Both the position numbers and the translations under genes were made by a program. A stretch of 64,000 bases of DNA from Candidatus Omnitrophota bacterium (lineage in GTDB: Bacteria; Omnitrophota; Gorgyraeia; Duberdicusellales; 4484-171): NCBI GenBank assembly GCA_014729775.1, contig WJJJ01000021.1, positions 24,788 to 88,787 of the forward strand, read 5' to 3'. A model generated the notes under the pieces. The model was not told the DNA's origin and searched no databases. It was given only the letters and a program-made list of their open reading frames with translations. The first letter of the stretch is position 1; each line of letters opens with the position of its first letter. Positions 61,401-64,000 of this stretch are shown here, in pieces.

Positions 61401-63998
61401 ACGCACGCGTGCGACCACCGCCTGTTCCCGGCCGTTATAAAAGATCTGCGTGGCGACGTTCATAAGCACCTGCTCATCGGCAAGCTGCGCCCCGAAATCT
61501 GCCGCTCCTTCAATAGTGGATTTGACCATATCGATCAGATTTTCGTACCTTTCAACATTCAAGCCTATTCCGAGTCCCGGATCCGCAACCTTGCGACCTT
61601 CGCTACGTGCCGCAAGGATATCTTCGGACACATAAAGATCAAAAGGAGTATCCCTCGATACTTCCACGAAGAGGTATTCATCCGCCGCTAACCGAGTGGA
61701 CTCGATATGCCTCGAAGGAGAAGAACTGCTCCCCGGAGAACCGTTCACTCCGTATGCGAAACCCTCAGCCGTCCGGACCGGACCGACAGCCGTGAAATTT
61801 TCCGGGAGATTGAGACCGGTTCCCGCCGTGATCCCGGCGGGAACCGCAGAGGAAACCGGTGACGATACGGTATTTTGCGCTGAGAGAATACGGCGTGTGC
61901 CCGCACTTCCGGAACCGTCCGGGGAAAAGGAGAACGCGGCCCAGGAATTCGGCGGCAAGCTTATCCTGATATTCCCTTCCCCAGATTCCAGAGTAACATC
62001 ATCGCGGGAACAGAATGCGAAGTTATCCGTATTCGGCGCAGGGTAACCACGGTGAGAAAATGAGGAACTTAATGCCTCCGGATCAATAACCGCCTCTTCC
62101 GTATGCGCTCCCCGGTGGTTTATGACGGCCACACCTATCTCGTCCTGATACACACGCACCAACGGAACAAGGGAAGAGCGGTGCAAAGATTCCGGTTTCT
62201 TCAGATGCAGAGCGGAAAAATCTCCCCGGCGGAACACCGGACGGGAAATAAACTTAATCAGAGACTCAAATTCCCGGTCTGCTGCTTCCGGTTCGGCAAT
62301 TACGTCGGGATACCGGTACCGGTAAATGCCCGCATCGGGAGATTTCATCGAGATATGACAGATTCCTTCTGGATGGTTTTGTGTGGCAGTCAGCGGATAT
62401 CCCATGCCGAACAGCTGACGCAGGGTCACCAGCACATAGCCCGGCAGAGCAAAGCTTAACAGAGAAGCGCCTAGCGCGTACTCGCCGAATCCCCGGGGAT
62501 CACGGAAAGGCTCTTCATCATGGTTCTCCGTAAAATGCAGACCGAGGTCAAGATATCCGCGCGGCGCGCGGTAAAAAATATAGTCCCGCACCGCAGGCGC
62601 GCCTTGACCTTTCACAATATCGTACAGCCGTTTATCATAGGGAATGATCCCTGCACGCTGGAAAAATCCGGTGCGGCCGTCCCACGGCACATGCCATTTG
62701 TCGCCCGCTTCATAACTTTCGGCAAACGCGAGCATACCGCTCCCGGCGATTTCATCCATCACCTCTTCCCAGAACTCATGCGGCATGCGCTCCTCAAACT
62801 CCTTCCACGATAATCCCAGCGGATATCCCCAGGTCGCCCAGAATTGCAGACGAAGCGCGTAAAACGCGAGGTCGGCGCGGAATCCTCCGCCGCAGGTAAG
62901 TCTGCGGATATTTCCGGAAATCACATTCTTCATGTACCGGCGCGCCGACGGCAAAAGATAATCTACCTGTGCCAGGTTAGGCATATGGGCTTCTCCCGGT
63001 CCGTACCAGGCATTCTTCACTATCGTACGGTATGCGTTCGGATATACATAATGACGACTTTTGCGAAAGAAGGCACGCGCATACAGATTTTTCTTTCTAA
63101 GACTATCCAAAAATTCCCGGCGTGTCATATGCGGCCAGAACCTGTCGAGCCGCCGGGCCACTGTTAACGCGTCATCAACCGAATCCCACTGCATCGCGAC
63201 CCCGCCGCGCTGCACGATAAGCGAATCAGCGGCTACGTGATTGACGACAAAATCAAGCAGAGTGCGCATACCATACCGCTCCCGCAGCCTGCGCGCGGAG
63301 TTCATGAATTCTTTTTCTGATCCCAGACAAGTATCCAGCGTATAATCGTACACATCATAGGCTGACGCCCACCGAAAAAGAGTTTCATGGTCTGTCCTTT
63401 GCCAATGACGCATCATCCGCGCGGAAAGAGGACTCTTGCGCCACGCGCCCTTAATCCAGACCACCCTTATTCCCAGCCCCGCGATCCATTCCCAGAATTC
63501 TTCCGGAACGTTGCCTATCGTTCCGTAGGTAGCGGACAACGCGCGGGCGTCGATCTCCAGCACAACGGAAGTATCCGCCGGCGAACTCCCCTTCCCGAAT
63601 ACGATACTCTCGACCGTGTTTTTCTGCTCATTGACTTCCTCAACAGCATGTAAAAACTCTTCTCCTTTCATTTCCCTGTTACGTAAGAATGCGGTCATAC
63701 ACATATGGGGCCGAGTATGCTTCGGATCCATAATACTGACACTGATAACGCCTTCCTCAAGAGAAAACACGACGTCGCTCGAAATACCGGCATTATCCAC
63801 TCTTCGGTAGGAAAGGACCTCCATGTCAGGGTAAAGTTCCAGCGGTGACAGAATCAGCCCGTTTCTCTTTCTTGTTTTACTCACATCCACCCCGAATCCG
63901 GAAAAAACTGCGTATTTTTTGTGTATCCATCTTAAAACACGCTGAGCCTGCTCTCCGATCATTTCTCCCTGCGGACGGCGTATAGAAGCAATATCCAA
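34428..63998 (-). CDS. Giant multi-module protein, at least 9,856 aa, 5'-truncated by the window edge
   Basis: One stop-free frame over 29.5 kb. The track start is a TTG 2 nt from the window edge, so the real start is probably further upstream. Many recognisable enzyme motifs fall in this frame along its whole length. Confidence 0.95.
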   Translation of the reverse strand: MDIASIRRPQGEMIGEQAQRVLRWIHKKYAVFSGFGVDVSKTRKRNGLILSPLELYPDMEVLSYRRVDNAGISSDVVFSLEEGVISVSIMDPKHTRPHMCMTAFLRNREMKGEEFLHAVEEVNEQKNTVESIVFGKGSSPADTSVVLEIDARALSATYGTIGNVPEEFWEWIAGLGIRVVWIKGAWRKSPLSARMMRHWQRTDHETLFRWASAYDVYDYTLDTCLGSEKEFMNSARRLRERYGMRTLLDFVVNHVAADSLIVQRGGVAMQWDSVDDALTVARRLDRFWPHMTRREFLDSLRKKNLYARAFFRKSRHYVYPNAYRTIVKNAWYGPGEAHMPNLAQVDYLLPSARRYMKNVISGNIRRLTCGGGFRADLAFYALRLQFWATWGYPLGLSWKEFEERMPHEFWEEVMDEIAGSGMLAFAESYEAGDKWHVPWDGRTGFFQRAGIIPYDKRLYDIVKGQGAPAVRDYIFYRAPRGYLDLGLHFTENHDEEPFRDPRGFGEYALGASLLSFALPGYVLVTLRQLFGMGYPLTATQNHPEGICHISMKSPDAGIYRYRYPDVIAEPEAADREFESLIKFISRPVFRRGDFSALHLKKPESLHRSSLVPLVRVYQDEIGVAVINHRGAHTEEAVIDPEALSSSFSHRGYPAPNTDNFAFCSRDDVTLESGEGNIRISLPPNSWAAFSFSPDGSGSAGTRRILSAQNTVSSPVSSAVPAGITAGTGLNLPENFTAVGPVRTAEGFAYGVNGSPGSSSSPSRHIESTRLAADEYLFVEVSRDTPFDLYVSEDILAARSEGRKVADPGLGIGLNVERYENLIDMVKSTIEGAADFGAQLADEQVLMNVATQIFYNGREQAVVARVREAEDAFARAQVRRHQGRAAPSDEEILAGLGEREIYLAQQMRGVAEFVRELQTPAGTRRASRIMGEESGRWRTEGVLEYFSGSGQKHFVPGKLASKAVDFSGSFLDLGARDINSELDGVSRFVSRLSVSGHPRHVFSLHLPWEDRTVWFKDSRLWLPLIPQRPYRYLTGVSRFRSGAQDSSPEEDLIAEGAAVSGVGLTPFVIFSDSVSAEAVNQLRSYLRTKEGYERLETYRFPAGWISAQVPVSFEGDSYPYEFLVENGHIDGVLLYVPAHVRQNMKPAILSDPLYRGELEAQKNAEYRRFLEEQGVEIVDVSAHERRYNLTNAARPVVERDFFVFPHKKKPYETLLLLGLKKEHYTLLSRDISLRYLSLMMGWMDCAMTPVEEIPGVLPFSELDDYRHLLTAQSSSSAAISGPSGRNEAGPDMSGMPVSSPARPRRSGEKGNRDEVPSVHAPGWPHPFWIAALAGSAVVFITYYVGINPAYDEAGYSIVLRVFASAAVIILSYGLFWNRRAEIVPDTEEESNDAPSLRQRGGLREQRRAARKRNRKEKKKQRRAALRARQRPSRVKPVFQKGVVRLRMFWMRAQCALTKYQQQSVDEAREQIAVREEELTRREADLARQQQILERQRREMGERVREADEAERELVRLREKIDRARAELKKIQEQCAQQRRNIAQEQERLDEQKLQARQEQEEKDASLREWEQRFTRQQRKLDEKERAVAVREQKLAGRKQEAESKEIRLSRWERILQRQKARLETARGRFEDEQEQAGEWIQEERGRIDSDRRVLAEQQAALDARKRQIEQTRADWAAGRKRQEDVLSLRERTLAAEQRKLEERARDIKAEGVRLAGLSAQLAQRENEIHTRSAVSPRIPERSASFLQGRIDALEELFIALDSGERQAEEVFDDIADELRALRQEIKNLRDGDAPQSSSPLLEYFHRLQHGLSAVTSPWLVGPSRLLQPVYTKPRPYFPFRASSAVSTDRRVFVSLMLSGMMSGFFPADVFGEDAVLSHNGPAADPMLARFRSSITGQTRVFSLYGYHAQGFDFDLRVSAAETVLARAEREKRRVAFFLEWGYTYVEKLDAALFREALRQLDRQDTVDEQVARNIMAVIDRETSNHLQGLREVLNAEERPREEPVYSFTPYALARNRYLWAQISRGRTIRIEEEAPDLALTLGQLRNLLTLLKEREIDLDDMEAVNFWKRHLSGWQNQDALRLRDEALADDIDTYLGAYPGDYVIVIRGIGHYPRLDTLLHERGHMSSAYAAPLHIRALFFSKKKSALMSGKETVQYARPRVFSRKDIPSLLTEDDSGVLERFIDAVLQETPRVRGAIVMSPRYRTDAAGIRAVIHADTAGVLEEYAQWDSHREGAIKMFGAYGGVRSVVVSLLSDFPLGVIWEEEIQNERTLRQLEIEQLFTLRTIVPGYLKEAFVIQRLDPHAVQTAKQRAVEKVQEELKIPGLTLHIGHIFDNTVRRLGRLSGSSPVSDNAGSPRVTMNDLDQRTQEIVGAGSYARVYKVSAKDKAHGPYAVKVYCNGPRNDVLSLRERRRIINYVIWLSRHYETLTEESVIPHYYGKGWCKLKGGQILAPRFWRREFPYLIMDFVPSVNLGDLLAMERWVPQLARDERHKLRLALAVADAVEKCHRRGLLVKELKPTNIRMRLDENLRETVCLVDQDSAVPLRYDWVENSGRIPEIVRTIHTDIYCESYEPWAFGRREAKRTGALEASTRLFTEQWDVYSFGMVLAVILEPREILEYMMRDNAVAALLRIRAALQRQEQLADENFGAAYAIALRCLQPRQQRYPDMGAVIRDLQEVKRSSQDLSVSSPVHDEITQIADNLFDETGAVGAPGIFDQFQKEEIIAHAPQLLTRGTRSESLLWTAFFALTIHFFSDGLQAINSLPLQVDLKKQEYPFLAENHHFRSVEALVNRVVDVLRKYKVESGFSLEYRGRDAGRVLDVSLTYARELCAVFDEMEGYFRIIPFMEIVDGLAGMAGYRTFGDFFRAKVREGQSNTQNYLDHVSAFTRLREEMRSGGSSPVRLYTLERDFAVEDTFRRINGKAVVRAKYQGAADGVLVPGAHYVCKLPDPQVEADVRKTVQDSLLLPQENIFSELNPANDSLHHLPRYFGRVKFSSADRFGTGLVFELLNGELLVDYFTRSIHPLGSGIAAAKNIGLIVLDVFSSYRALYAQNGYIQGDISFFDVSVCEGRGAGDSRIVYFDNDTTTKIGAQDPVARARRRLYKRLFTSGDRISRCGDDFTATSRLCLLADDIFSLCIMFRILLEDYMVTVRKSAGGSDSPGYHTARKMMSLFAYYQSRAADEMQREGNDRALLDELITETTRVDDFTGSSPAGMDYSLIGGGYSFPDPDKKEVLSKRGVPWYAATGAHRQKLESLIRQAGGRVSLYVHILGWYAGRWHLDRKSGRWKYRPAVAHAEKYVENTIHALEESFGVLFVLGGSYAAVSGIKTRAVIVDIDSFEDVPLPAVKRQRFPSRGLAECRKFWQPVIDGFRDLGIRSVSIGGETAGFGDSGRVIPEWSDKAGCVGGAICMLKDHFALEVFPHVCCSYASDNNGHLAGHGSARGSYWVSQVSSPLGAVHAQSRNLLDAAHQFMPGAPEVNIRAYKKAMRGLREIGWRSVFVYSKRGMKLGSSRAGRDVFDAVFRYEDDDTYGGVASVLGAWDTAQGFVQCNLENLYQHVNEYGIYLSFVEPVSEENRRMIIVSFDNGGGFKNISDNRYSIEEALRPFVNIGIGGSAGEGLHTSFHKAHLFRIAQGGEEVIYKNPRQESRWSRRDKVWYCPGLPMKPGVLTEAWFFEHAPPARYWRQLVTSEKKRLQSSSPAVQGQTGEEDAFGRWSRGREKQLGISFQREVSRLEIFGLISRLEYTNTAAVLNYVMQYFYRWNRDAGEIAQVLSTMGADYQELNQIRPLWNSRYHALQTGYHQMICWALSGRLNTYYGEEQDSVPFLYRGVYDPAQRRLSFRSDTPIFMTESIRVAIKYMNKGAGLHLPRAVLVYRDVPLEAVRAYWRLYPQQLNEKKDQYEYNVDISFINTGKITEYLPHQVPVLTENSWDMDAEDVSSSAVISRTRADRNAYVSPRAAIKEFRREFAPIILEWGLPRNDIPSGIFISQLNDELSLPLTEFTTSGVAVFMLWELVKNFTHAYEGVTGRMMRALHCAARGEYSFAPQGKYEVRIENDNNRELSAVLHNPLPVTHRLPCFDMASQYRFTKSRRKRRFSGKGAGLSIVRDLIYRGFFPGAQARFEWGAEEIIIGNQYSYGYSRAPPYSHVGIDLFIPFRNFEVYARGQSEFFKNVTVPSAPVREPLSTTSTIRSSGSPVLIEVTGAGADSTPLVPSDSADFMSESKYIAERESLSNTSPYYEWSRDVFLHEVPQAEIGSSSSVSSGKYRDSEKIPLIRAAVARIRQRKVHVYAADVAADEECPLSVGQIRKLVAKLNRERSGQATDVLGVELKGHSVRQASRVEENLEQRSVQLHEAISRRIAADPGETITQAGLARDVGIDVTTMNDWLKRYQDDHRVQAVRERMFLTTIEGRIRRAAAQLTANRNRVSEESVREILERGGVSRKRYVNWKCKSQFNLKTYLRAQPLTNAEIAAAIDEGAGLVAIGASTPEVSKKKTVKKKKAKKEAVSKKTTRKKKPASKIYRFPAVASIDDIERAVDHAIAKNVGYEELWPWWSRQISAVMRSVTQIHDFMDVYGDRIDRIARRIKKLQGTGNQPASSSPAGSLYADGRFDVSSLGNVAERSANHIGGQAYLVGSVQYLQGRIVRGRDNGRGYLSLDIMIESPAGIDFLSSFRSRVNAKERILEYVSRPIIFGKETQAYQLFRLSDTTIIQVNIAWGTLDDLAGRAALALWLRGYAENELSPENDSPVALRHYVGFEYYFGDEVSYRRAYAYYTRGQMENLKEFRLARLPFFHRTVGDRRTGTPSLAVKMKSRILDPLPVSSPASKISVQEELSTITAIGDAVSFTAKTQNGSCASIVGSTRYLRRLGSDIDVILVDERAGLSGYPGLAAESMPDAELFLSIMLELLERSGVLFRPGKLIQLTPSAWRLFIELPEHKVTHLDLFMISSWQENARRVLDMIKRPGNEPKRYLQAEYYFGDPDFHADALSDYGRYSASDFMSRYRMDMAEYLAFTHRDLGSEEIERVRQRTLEPVVRAESLFQSASSPNVSRQALVSALSGKRILMMTNHYMSPTGQAVHLNVLNHALAERNPGLRTHVLYEVPRGDSVCDFTERVADAHIVHHPYRQFMQWNRDELIARAANIMGEPGRPGVDAVRVHSPKSTYAVEIARIARSRQIPVLVQWHEGELIAHGSNPQRNLDELAATADVLITVSRRGVEDARLKYGRDAVHIPCLRDLRVFVPGPEKRPAIRARLQLNGDPVILAPSRIVPTKGALELVKAARLLRYCGFRFQVILLGDSYRPGYLNEILKYMEVNDLRHEVRIDEPVSSRRKMREYFEVASIVAFPTVFNEGISGVLLEAQAMETPVVATGEGGNLEAFVPDETGLLVEVNRRRNRFFSRADVGSLARALKMLLRSPCRAGIMGRAGREFVLERFGHEDIVCAHETVLSELLRSGFSGSPVEENAWKAERLLDKLDNSSWSERLDIKRELITMGTEAIGALAWAVGYPPPHRSDCASWALMDIAKSHEAEVLEALQRHINRHGNEWARHLRQMILDQSSRDRPSSSPAPLPVYVIDIPAVRNSFSELQKGFPAINRQLSSQRDDFTDEVMYRLIAGYEYVNELLLKKRKLDLNDVLKLNLLCHFGNDGRLQMQEHKFVQATQQKVFSAGVPVAEYMNRKKKNARKRAAGVYLRILSPPQLLIEGNHRTGALVVSFLLVRAGLPPLVVHPENAIEYFELSTDIKLPKTTKTSRFGKLLKGKWQSEKKRLTSFLDRNTSEEYLLPYKEASSPGMGTLAVLAVPANAEKKTDAVSLGPYSVSPASLVEQFVNVVEMTEKIKELSFMPRDQDGSEYPKAVHMANAYRLLIKLLIRIGAFPEPEEGKVISVCNGPDQFIWEQVSGIEIEGCGPSTRFVLDRMLPHYGFTPSDMLDKDAIRRNLHTEAHIRDFNETGVIADTVDMFSLLFARPRFHLLKNAEFFYKDDADTIMENFDFEGALQRYLDRIVGVDDTIVVIEHTDPDMSDDEDLEFITRFDLAECDVLLANRYRDVLSELMPGRAYENLRACRRIFEAMGFGLTLWLGGDVKVFRKVSSPTVEPIIIFDARGAERFGEKRKIGIMRALNEFARRMEGFLSSVDIVLYLPEQFYYVLASTGIAPAFEEWYSTRTYSAYVSKRRERQRSFAGRNSPLRIDKEAGECAERLVYIHAAGEPADLLRRKQQAVTRNGGCFFDLRAPADASTVRIERTGVVLRRQTHGAALWDFAQGVSGAEMYLSRVAHEFPGISRELGNITVTLSRLKRDVESVCAVGGWASRLCLLQERHPEWFLRALKRADGVFKYYYQRVFSLRDTVRGEPRDGLDKAIVALAEARAKIGCGIADVDCSDEYTEWISIGELITDLKAYFKEVNFMIGYKIFYRYVLGRRRSLMSALYNLIVNARQHTYPGAPGVEVRAFSVKDSPSMVIDIVNYGEPISADLLAQDPRTGRQAIFNLNTTKRIDTGGRAAGTGLGTNEAWHVIVGDYNGRIRYHNERVQGRSRVRTEVSLETSERFSPISKEGTRITDADFNSGRTGGSSPAGSEYPGKKKKPRLPAIYARRARVYKEAQRLIGKKTDGMKWVTISEVAAKFAPRISRAAVADDLEALDKAHLLCSGSIGGQHTRVYAIPQKRSPYQTKNADWIGRHLLRLDTHTADAEHTFASAMRSRARDPMCMWRRSHLAQLLVIEEDYDAALTCALEAAKFLDYRGPYEEQVYCAGRAFFEMEVSPEYLFHPVSEQATRAVSGDSSGFESDVKLYLEKIAQIPLLTRLGEGFFSMRARFAEQDEAVLQACKEERVKLSQRPFPYERVAQAADMPLHEVKRVISWYQRSFVPNRTEERRVNRQSHTEAWNSNLRLVVKFAKKYLRHPFTLMELISVGNIGLYRAIPRYEFQTGYKFSTYASWWIRQVITREIQGQKHIVRTPTSQQEKDRKLRNLCREHNIELSTGLLSPAEISEVTGVPVQQIDSYLVRHRGAVSLDQPGGGQDFDDRHTVLQDLEAKPDTEEEVRGVHALGREIIKELRARLREIFRNRKDPERDLQVCELSVISRIRVAIGEDAEVLTLQAAGERVGVTRERIRQIKGPAESALREIAESKGLNPERVSSESGTSSSPGPIYPDSAIPRDGRVPEHKAVRILTDPVPGHSHQVWMALTSLSDEDRMNPEVIRALLSATRRPFSARVRRSALQVLMRIKNQDIPLRREIIAAAENYLSRERFYPLHPDSWSRTRFFHTEYLISNFFRRCGHSSMFPGAYREDKEDMFTLRSPVCPDVEGFFADALSSGRTNLLEFLNGNLVGVDRLPVSGYIAHHPRTRQLSDRIAFQTCTLEDGVTQIMPRENRPVYIGAIHYGVYGGLAAYGVMLSNVFVSISGAGAVSISSDIPDRGNRFYNLRGMVYVLRSHAKSRLGLPHFRTARNSYVLESAGYEYFGKRPHQLTTLQFTDLFRHRGGSSPLTEREPFSRAGRICYAACAGKRSLKPPVTFAKNSDRRDFRVQGALPGQFFGRYFAKEYVKELLEGLLPHAPPAEAIEVRVVPYKYAPLVSIDYSVKRLLFTVHWQVLELIRRDPGSEILADVHRHEELELRHLAQDREVNRRRREAGAGRVCPCYAVGTGHEKACCFSEEYYSHHPRELAQLLREAEQKRILFDRGFFHQLYSIAVQQGIAAVPQEYRPERQIFAAACRATGRFVIKIRYSAGLYLVSRGGAGRVPFELRRNCLVRAVADALQEPVERVVYTFLRGGVRADHLDGNRLKITKAFDVLEEQFEVTDVSISGPGLNVVLRRRKRGQSGAVMLKPNRENYRLWHAYRSPWFGSMSLLPAGMSKFAPFKRRFCGQEYYVGETGESDSDLRNSSGAQESAAREAVAADLLFFLGLRNAAHHREGIGYRRVRLPDSHDSPAGACVGQEVLKHILVVPYAFVLEEVDLLYNQQGRLVAVFPVIPSDILQSMDKLDEIHPRYLNLSYFYFTIPELHDPGLIQHCEAFLEEARGNSEFIQDFSTAKLREGVREIRPGNGQLPYVVARIDRDTGAWETDGLFQLGGNGWVVNTRAVDKAKSDRVHSLITPVYPTVYSPSLNSDADQEYYRMLWEEKRIHRGSRVLTVGPGTGLELWLMYLKTGQTQYTLGINPMEIANARYTAKLVGFEIKAMIADNIVSPDGESRFPGLRFDAVNWNMPYVLPGEIPEAVAESRNLRFFVYEYLKERKLGGATFESCWDGDVGKISLRRLAKGLAYLLFPGGVAILWNREEVARDPVSGVPVDIVEEILRSGGRYHFGLPVPDPVMGVEKYHCMVSYCSTCDIYRVTNGRPANAQFGTAAGSPAGRERGTRGRRQGGDGFLYERLSAYSSQKLHHISDERLRLIAENLVVVRKPVVVRHTHGEDETTWFGGGTGFIFDEDSDFYYVASAAHVLYSELSRLLVKNDRGRLWGEVTASQKYPDIGLLRIRKASYPENVFTPLRRFASYSRRTFPIASQHEGVPVVIPGAPHANYRNFQLIRGTARRVEPTAMLIIEAQGAEKGFSGAPVFDLQGGLIGLLYGRNGYRTELCFATDVTLLKRCATLAITDRARQRQRERNAEVNDSHHSSGNGSVSSPAEEKFTRQAQFTARMRRYLRWGVLAGIPAVAVLLSVFFGHWYIAAVQSGFYAALGIKTVVGGVSRGCGMYMNQTVRGERIDWPAIGRWSLFGGLYVGIVVFGAWYGFLTAFVPGVFWKVFLDITLFAAVVGLPANFAIHKYLVRKDRSDIEFKETVKDFLRLYAGNGVFWASGLSLGWAFFPEYIVLIAANMGILWSGILIYWIDAWLRRVRRQEAPPRSVTDQASSSPADTDNEIPLVEPEGERPGVGLSIVMTTPKYGNSEWPVMTLTARTVINGEAERRRRVVAAVYADRSLEITQYYPIGTVWRTPQDRRYLNLGISQAVLSWIVKWARMLRIRNVKVSTPFIHNAHVFRKFFAEDVTPFEQEPFSTDDPRWLSEPVSPALNIRHPHTYNQVDTVSVTYLENHTYQVSRSRREVLAPGTVIRLQKGFMYTAQGCAGTVYTASPKLVSGLRLPFLFQGRPRINAADTDVTTDIPEWIVRVSEQNLNKETRLPEDTHIFRPQGKDLFREGQGGGSKSASAPGAVDFKTKYYDITPVNGWAKQTYTGQPYSHYPRVEGCLLRSLIHAFSFWQVILPHRQVYRNETEEDILCELDALGDLTLDENGFLRISQPVVSRLARPRKMEILLGREVIDHRFWQQQFSSVLDGDAALIAAQAYKSYFVPGLKCRNGRWQAKVIDSHHGTPLVRELSVLRLQGYRYMMVYPAADCEVNPAASSAVHPPVTMRAPAGAPGGSVREKTASRRYFLSATTGMLALLALAPSSFAAGDGQTSVAQALQAGIHWHCRAAGDRRPREVAERIAADVADWKDAQGRSMLRIWQAQSRQHRVEEDVFRTASEIAGAIREKYRYDIGVFSLRALAFEKTGNCVSMNILLYYLLRTLKIKAVPIELYEHTQRRAGGADQEAFDISHVAVLVKGARRFSYCDAAAGTGVAQANFDFEEFFFQEANHLRVRNDAPFARFYRMARLGGQRTLVSLSLQSYAKRVLADGGPSAFKRAIALFDAALEHDTLNDQILVDRAQVRCKSGRYDLAISDINKALEMNPYSAQAYVLRAGYYYLVEEDLPAALADHERACEYDTVYARSLEGLRCRAVILRELGHYGRALALFDQALSIAPADAQLYFHRSLTYAALGQKKKSRNDYEKAILYSPDNGAASEEVARALERLGVSVRPQSTFALVLQTGAVLFGAYCAGLFLKRTLRARFSSAQKGHQRDRPDQPALSAKKRKSRSGRSRKRKR
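34560..35700 (-). other. Transglutaminase-like domain + TPR repeats + C-terminal TM anchor in giant protein
   Basis: GNCVS (Cys), SHVAV (His) and YCDAA (Asp); TPRs such as AISDINKALEMNP and ALALFDQALSIAP; hydrophobic helix followed by a basic tail. Confidence 0.8.
38270..38790 (-). other. Trypsin-like serine protease domain in giant protein
   Basis: GTGFIF, SAAHV (His), DIGLLRI (Asp) and GFSGAPVF...LIGL (Ser). Confidence 0.88.
42610..43650 (-). other. RpoD-like sigma70 domain in giant protein
   Basis: Region 1.2 DVKLYLEKIAQIPLLT; region 2 NLRLVVKFAKKY...GNIGL..A...GYKFSTYASWWIRQ; region 4 TLQAAGERVGVTRERIRQI. Confidence 0.92.
47650..48830 (-). other. GT4 (GT-B) glycosyltransferase domain in giant protein
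   Basis: SRIVPTKG and NEGISGVLLEAQAMETPVVAT..GGNLE...TGLLV. Confidence 0.88.
55960..56900 (-). other. Hanks-type protein kinase domain in giant protein
   Basis: GAGSYARVY, YAVK, YLIMDFV, KELKPTNI, DVYSFGMVL and CL..RQQRY. Confidence 0.85.
61920..63570 (-). other. GH13 alpha-amylase-family domain in giant protein
   Basis: Conserved regions DFVVNH (I), GFRADLA (II, Asp nucleophile), AFAESY (III, Glu) and FTENHDE (IV, Asp). Confidence 0.85.
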
Positions 63999-64000
63999 AG

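Larger units (their letters stand above)
35985..63587 (-). repeat. Dispersed protein-level linker motif (G/S/V/A)SSP(A/V) with SSA/GSP variants
   Basis: 23 SSP tripeptides counted by eye, near 63579, 61857, 61717, 60858, 60102, 58605, 56958, 55929, 55299, 54363, 53637, 52899, 50186, 49527, 48858, 47298, 46629, 45723, 44283, 42564, 41550, 38142 and 37455. Variants lie near 60175, 58470, 52175, 51411, 51220, 47619, 38958 and 35990. Confidence 0.9.

Noticed and set aside
35985-63587. SSP linkers as a CRISPR-like or attC-like DNA repeat array
   Set aside because: Codons vary freely, so there is no nucleotide repeat; spacing is irregular, and no cas or integrase gene is in the window.
34484-63810. 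Dozens of short ORFs overlapping the giant gene
   Set aside because: Alternative-frame or antisense ORFs without motifs; all recognisable domains lie in the giant frame.
34428-63998. Giant ORF as an artefact of stop-codon reassignment or of many fused genes
   Set aside because: There are no in-frame stops under the standard code, neighbouring genes end normally in TAA, TAG and TGA, and linkers are not consistently followed by SD+ATG. Misassembly cannot be excluded without reads, but it would not be expected to preserve the frame.
1-64000. tRNA, rRNA, transposase or prophage genes
   Set aside because: None recognised; the intergenic spaces are short and otherwise accounted for.

Overview
Bacterial chromosomal window with two halves. 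Bases 1-34,300 hold tightly packed housekeeping genes of a diderm bacterium, almost all on the minus strand: nadA (5' fragment), comF, lptF/lptG, alr, tsaB/tsaE, mtnA, tatD, metG, a PSP1/RicT protein, holB, tmk, cysS, ispF/ispD, PIN/TRAM, radA, mlaD/F/E, clpC-mcsB-mcsA, ilvE, lolD/lolE-like, lysS and an oligopeptide ABC transporter operon. An AT-rich four-helix-bundle gene bracketed by inverted heptamer repeats interrupts the peptide transporter operon. Bases 34,428-64,000 are a single stop-free minus-strand ORF of at least 9,856 aa that runs off the window edge. It is a string of about 25 unrelated modules, most separated by a short Ser-rich linker, (G/S/V/A)-S-S-P-(A/V), conserved as protein but not as DNA. 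Recognisable modules are a GH13 amylase, a pentein/deiminase, a coiled coil, two kinase-like domains, three GHKL ATPase-like domains, an ART-like domain, HTHs, two nucleotidyltransferase-like domains, a GT4, a Fic domain, an RpoD-like sigma factor, a SAM methyltransferase, a trypsin-like protease, an Mpv17-like membrane domain, a GNAT and a transglutaminase+TPR unit. Two linkers are followed closely by internal twin-arginine-type signal peptides. The leading hypothesis (inference) is a motif-delimited polyprotein that is cleaved into separate effector-like cargo proteins. Gene content and the giant ORF suggest Ca. Omnitrophota or a related PVC lineage (inference; no searches run). All domain calls are by-eye motif recognition and domain boundaries are approximate.
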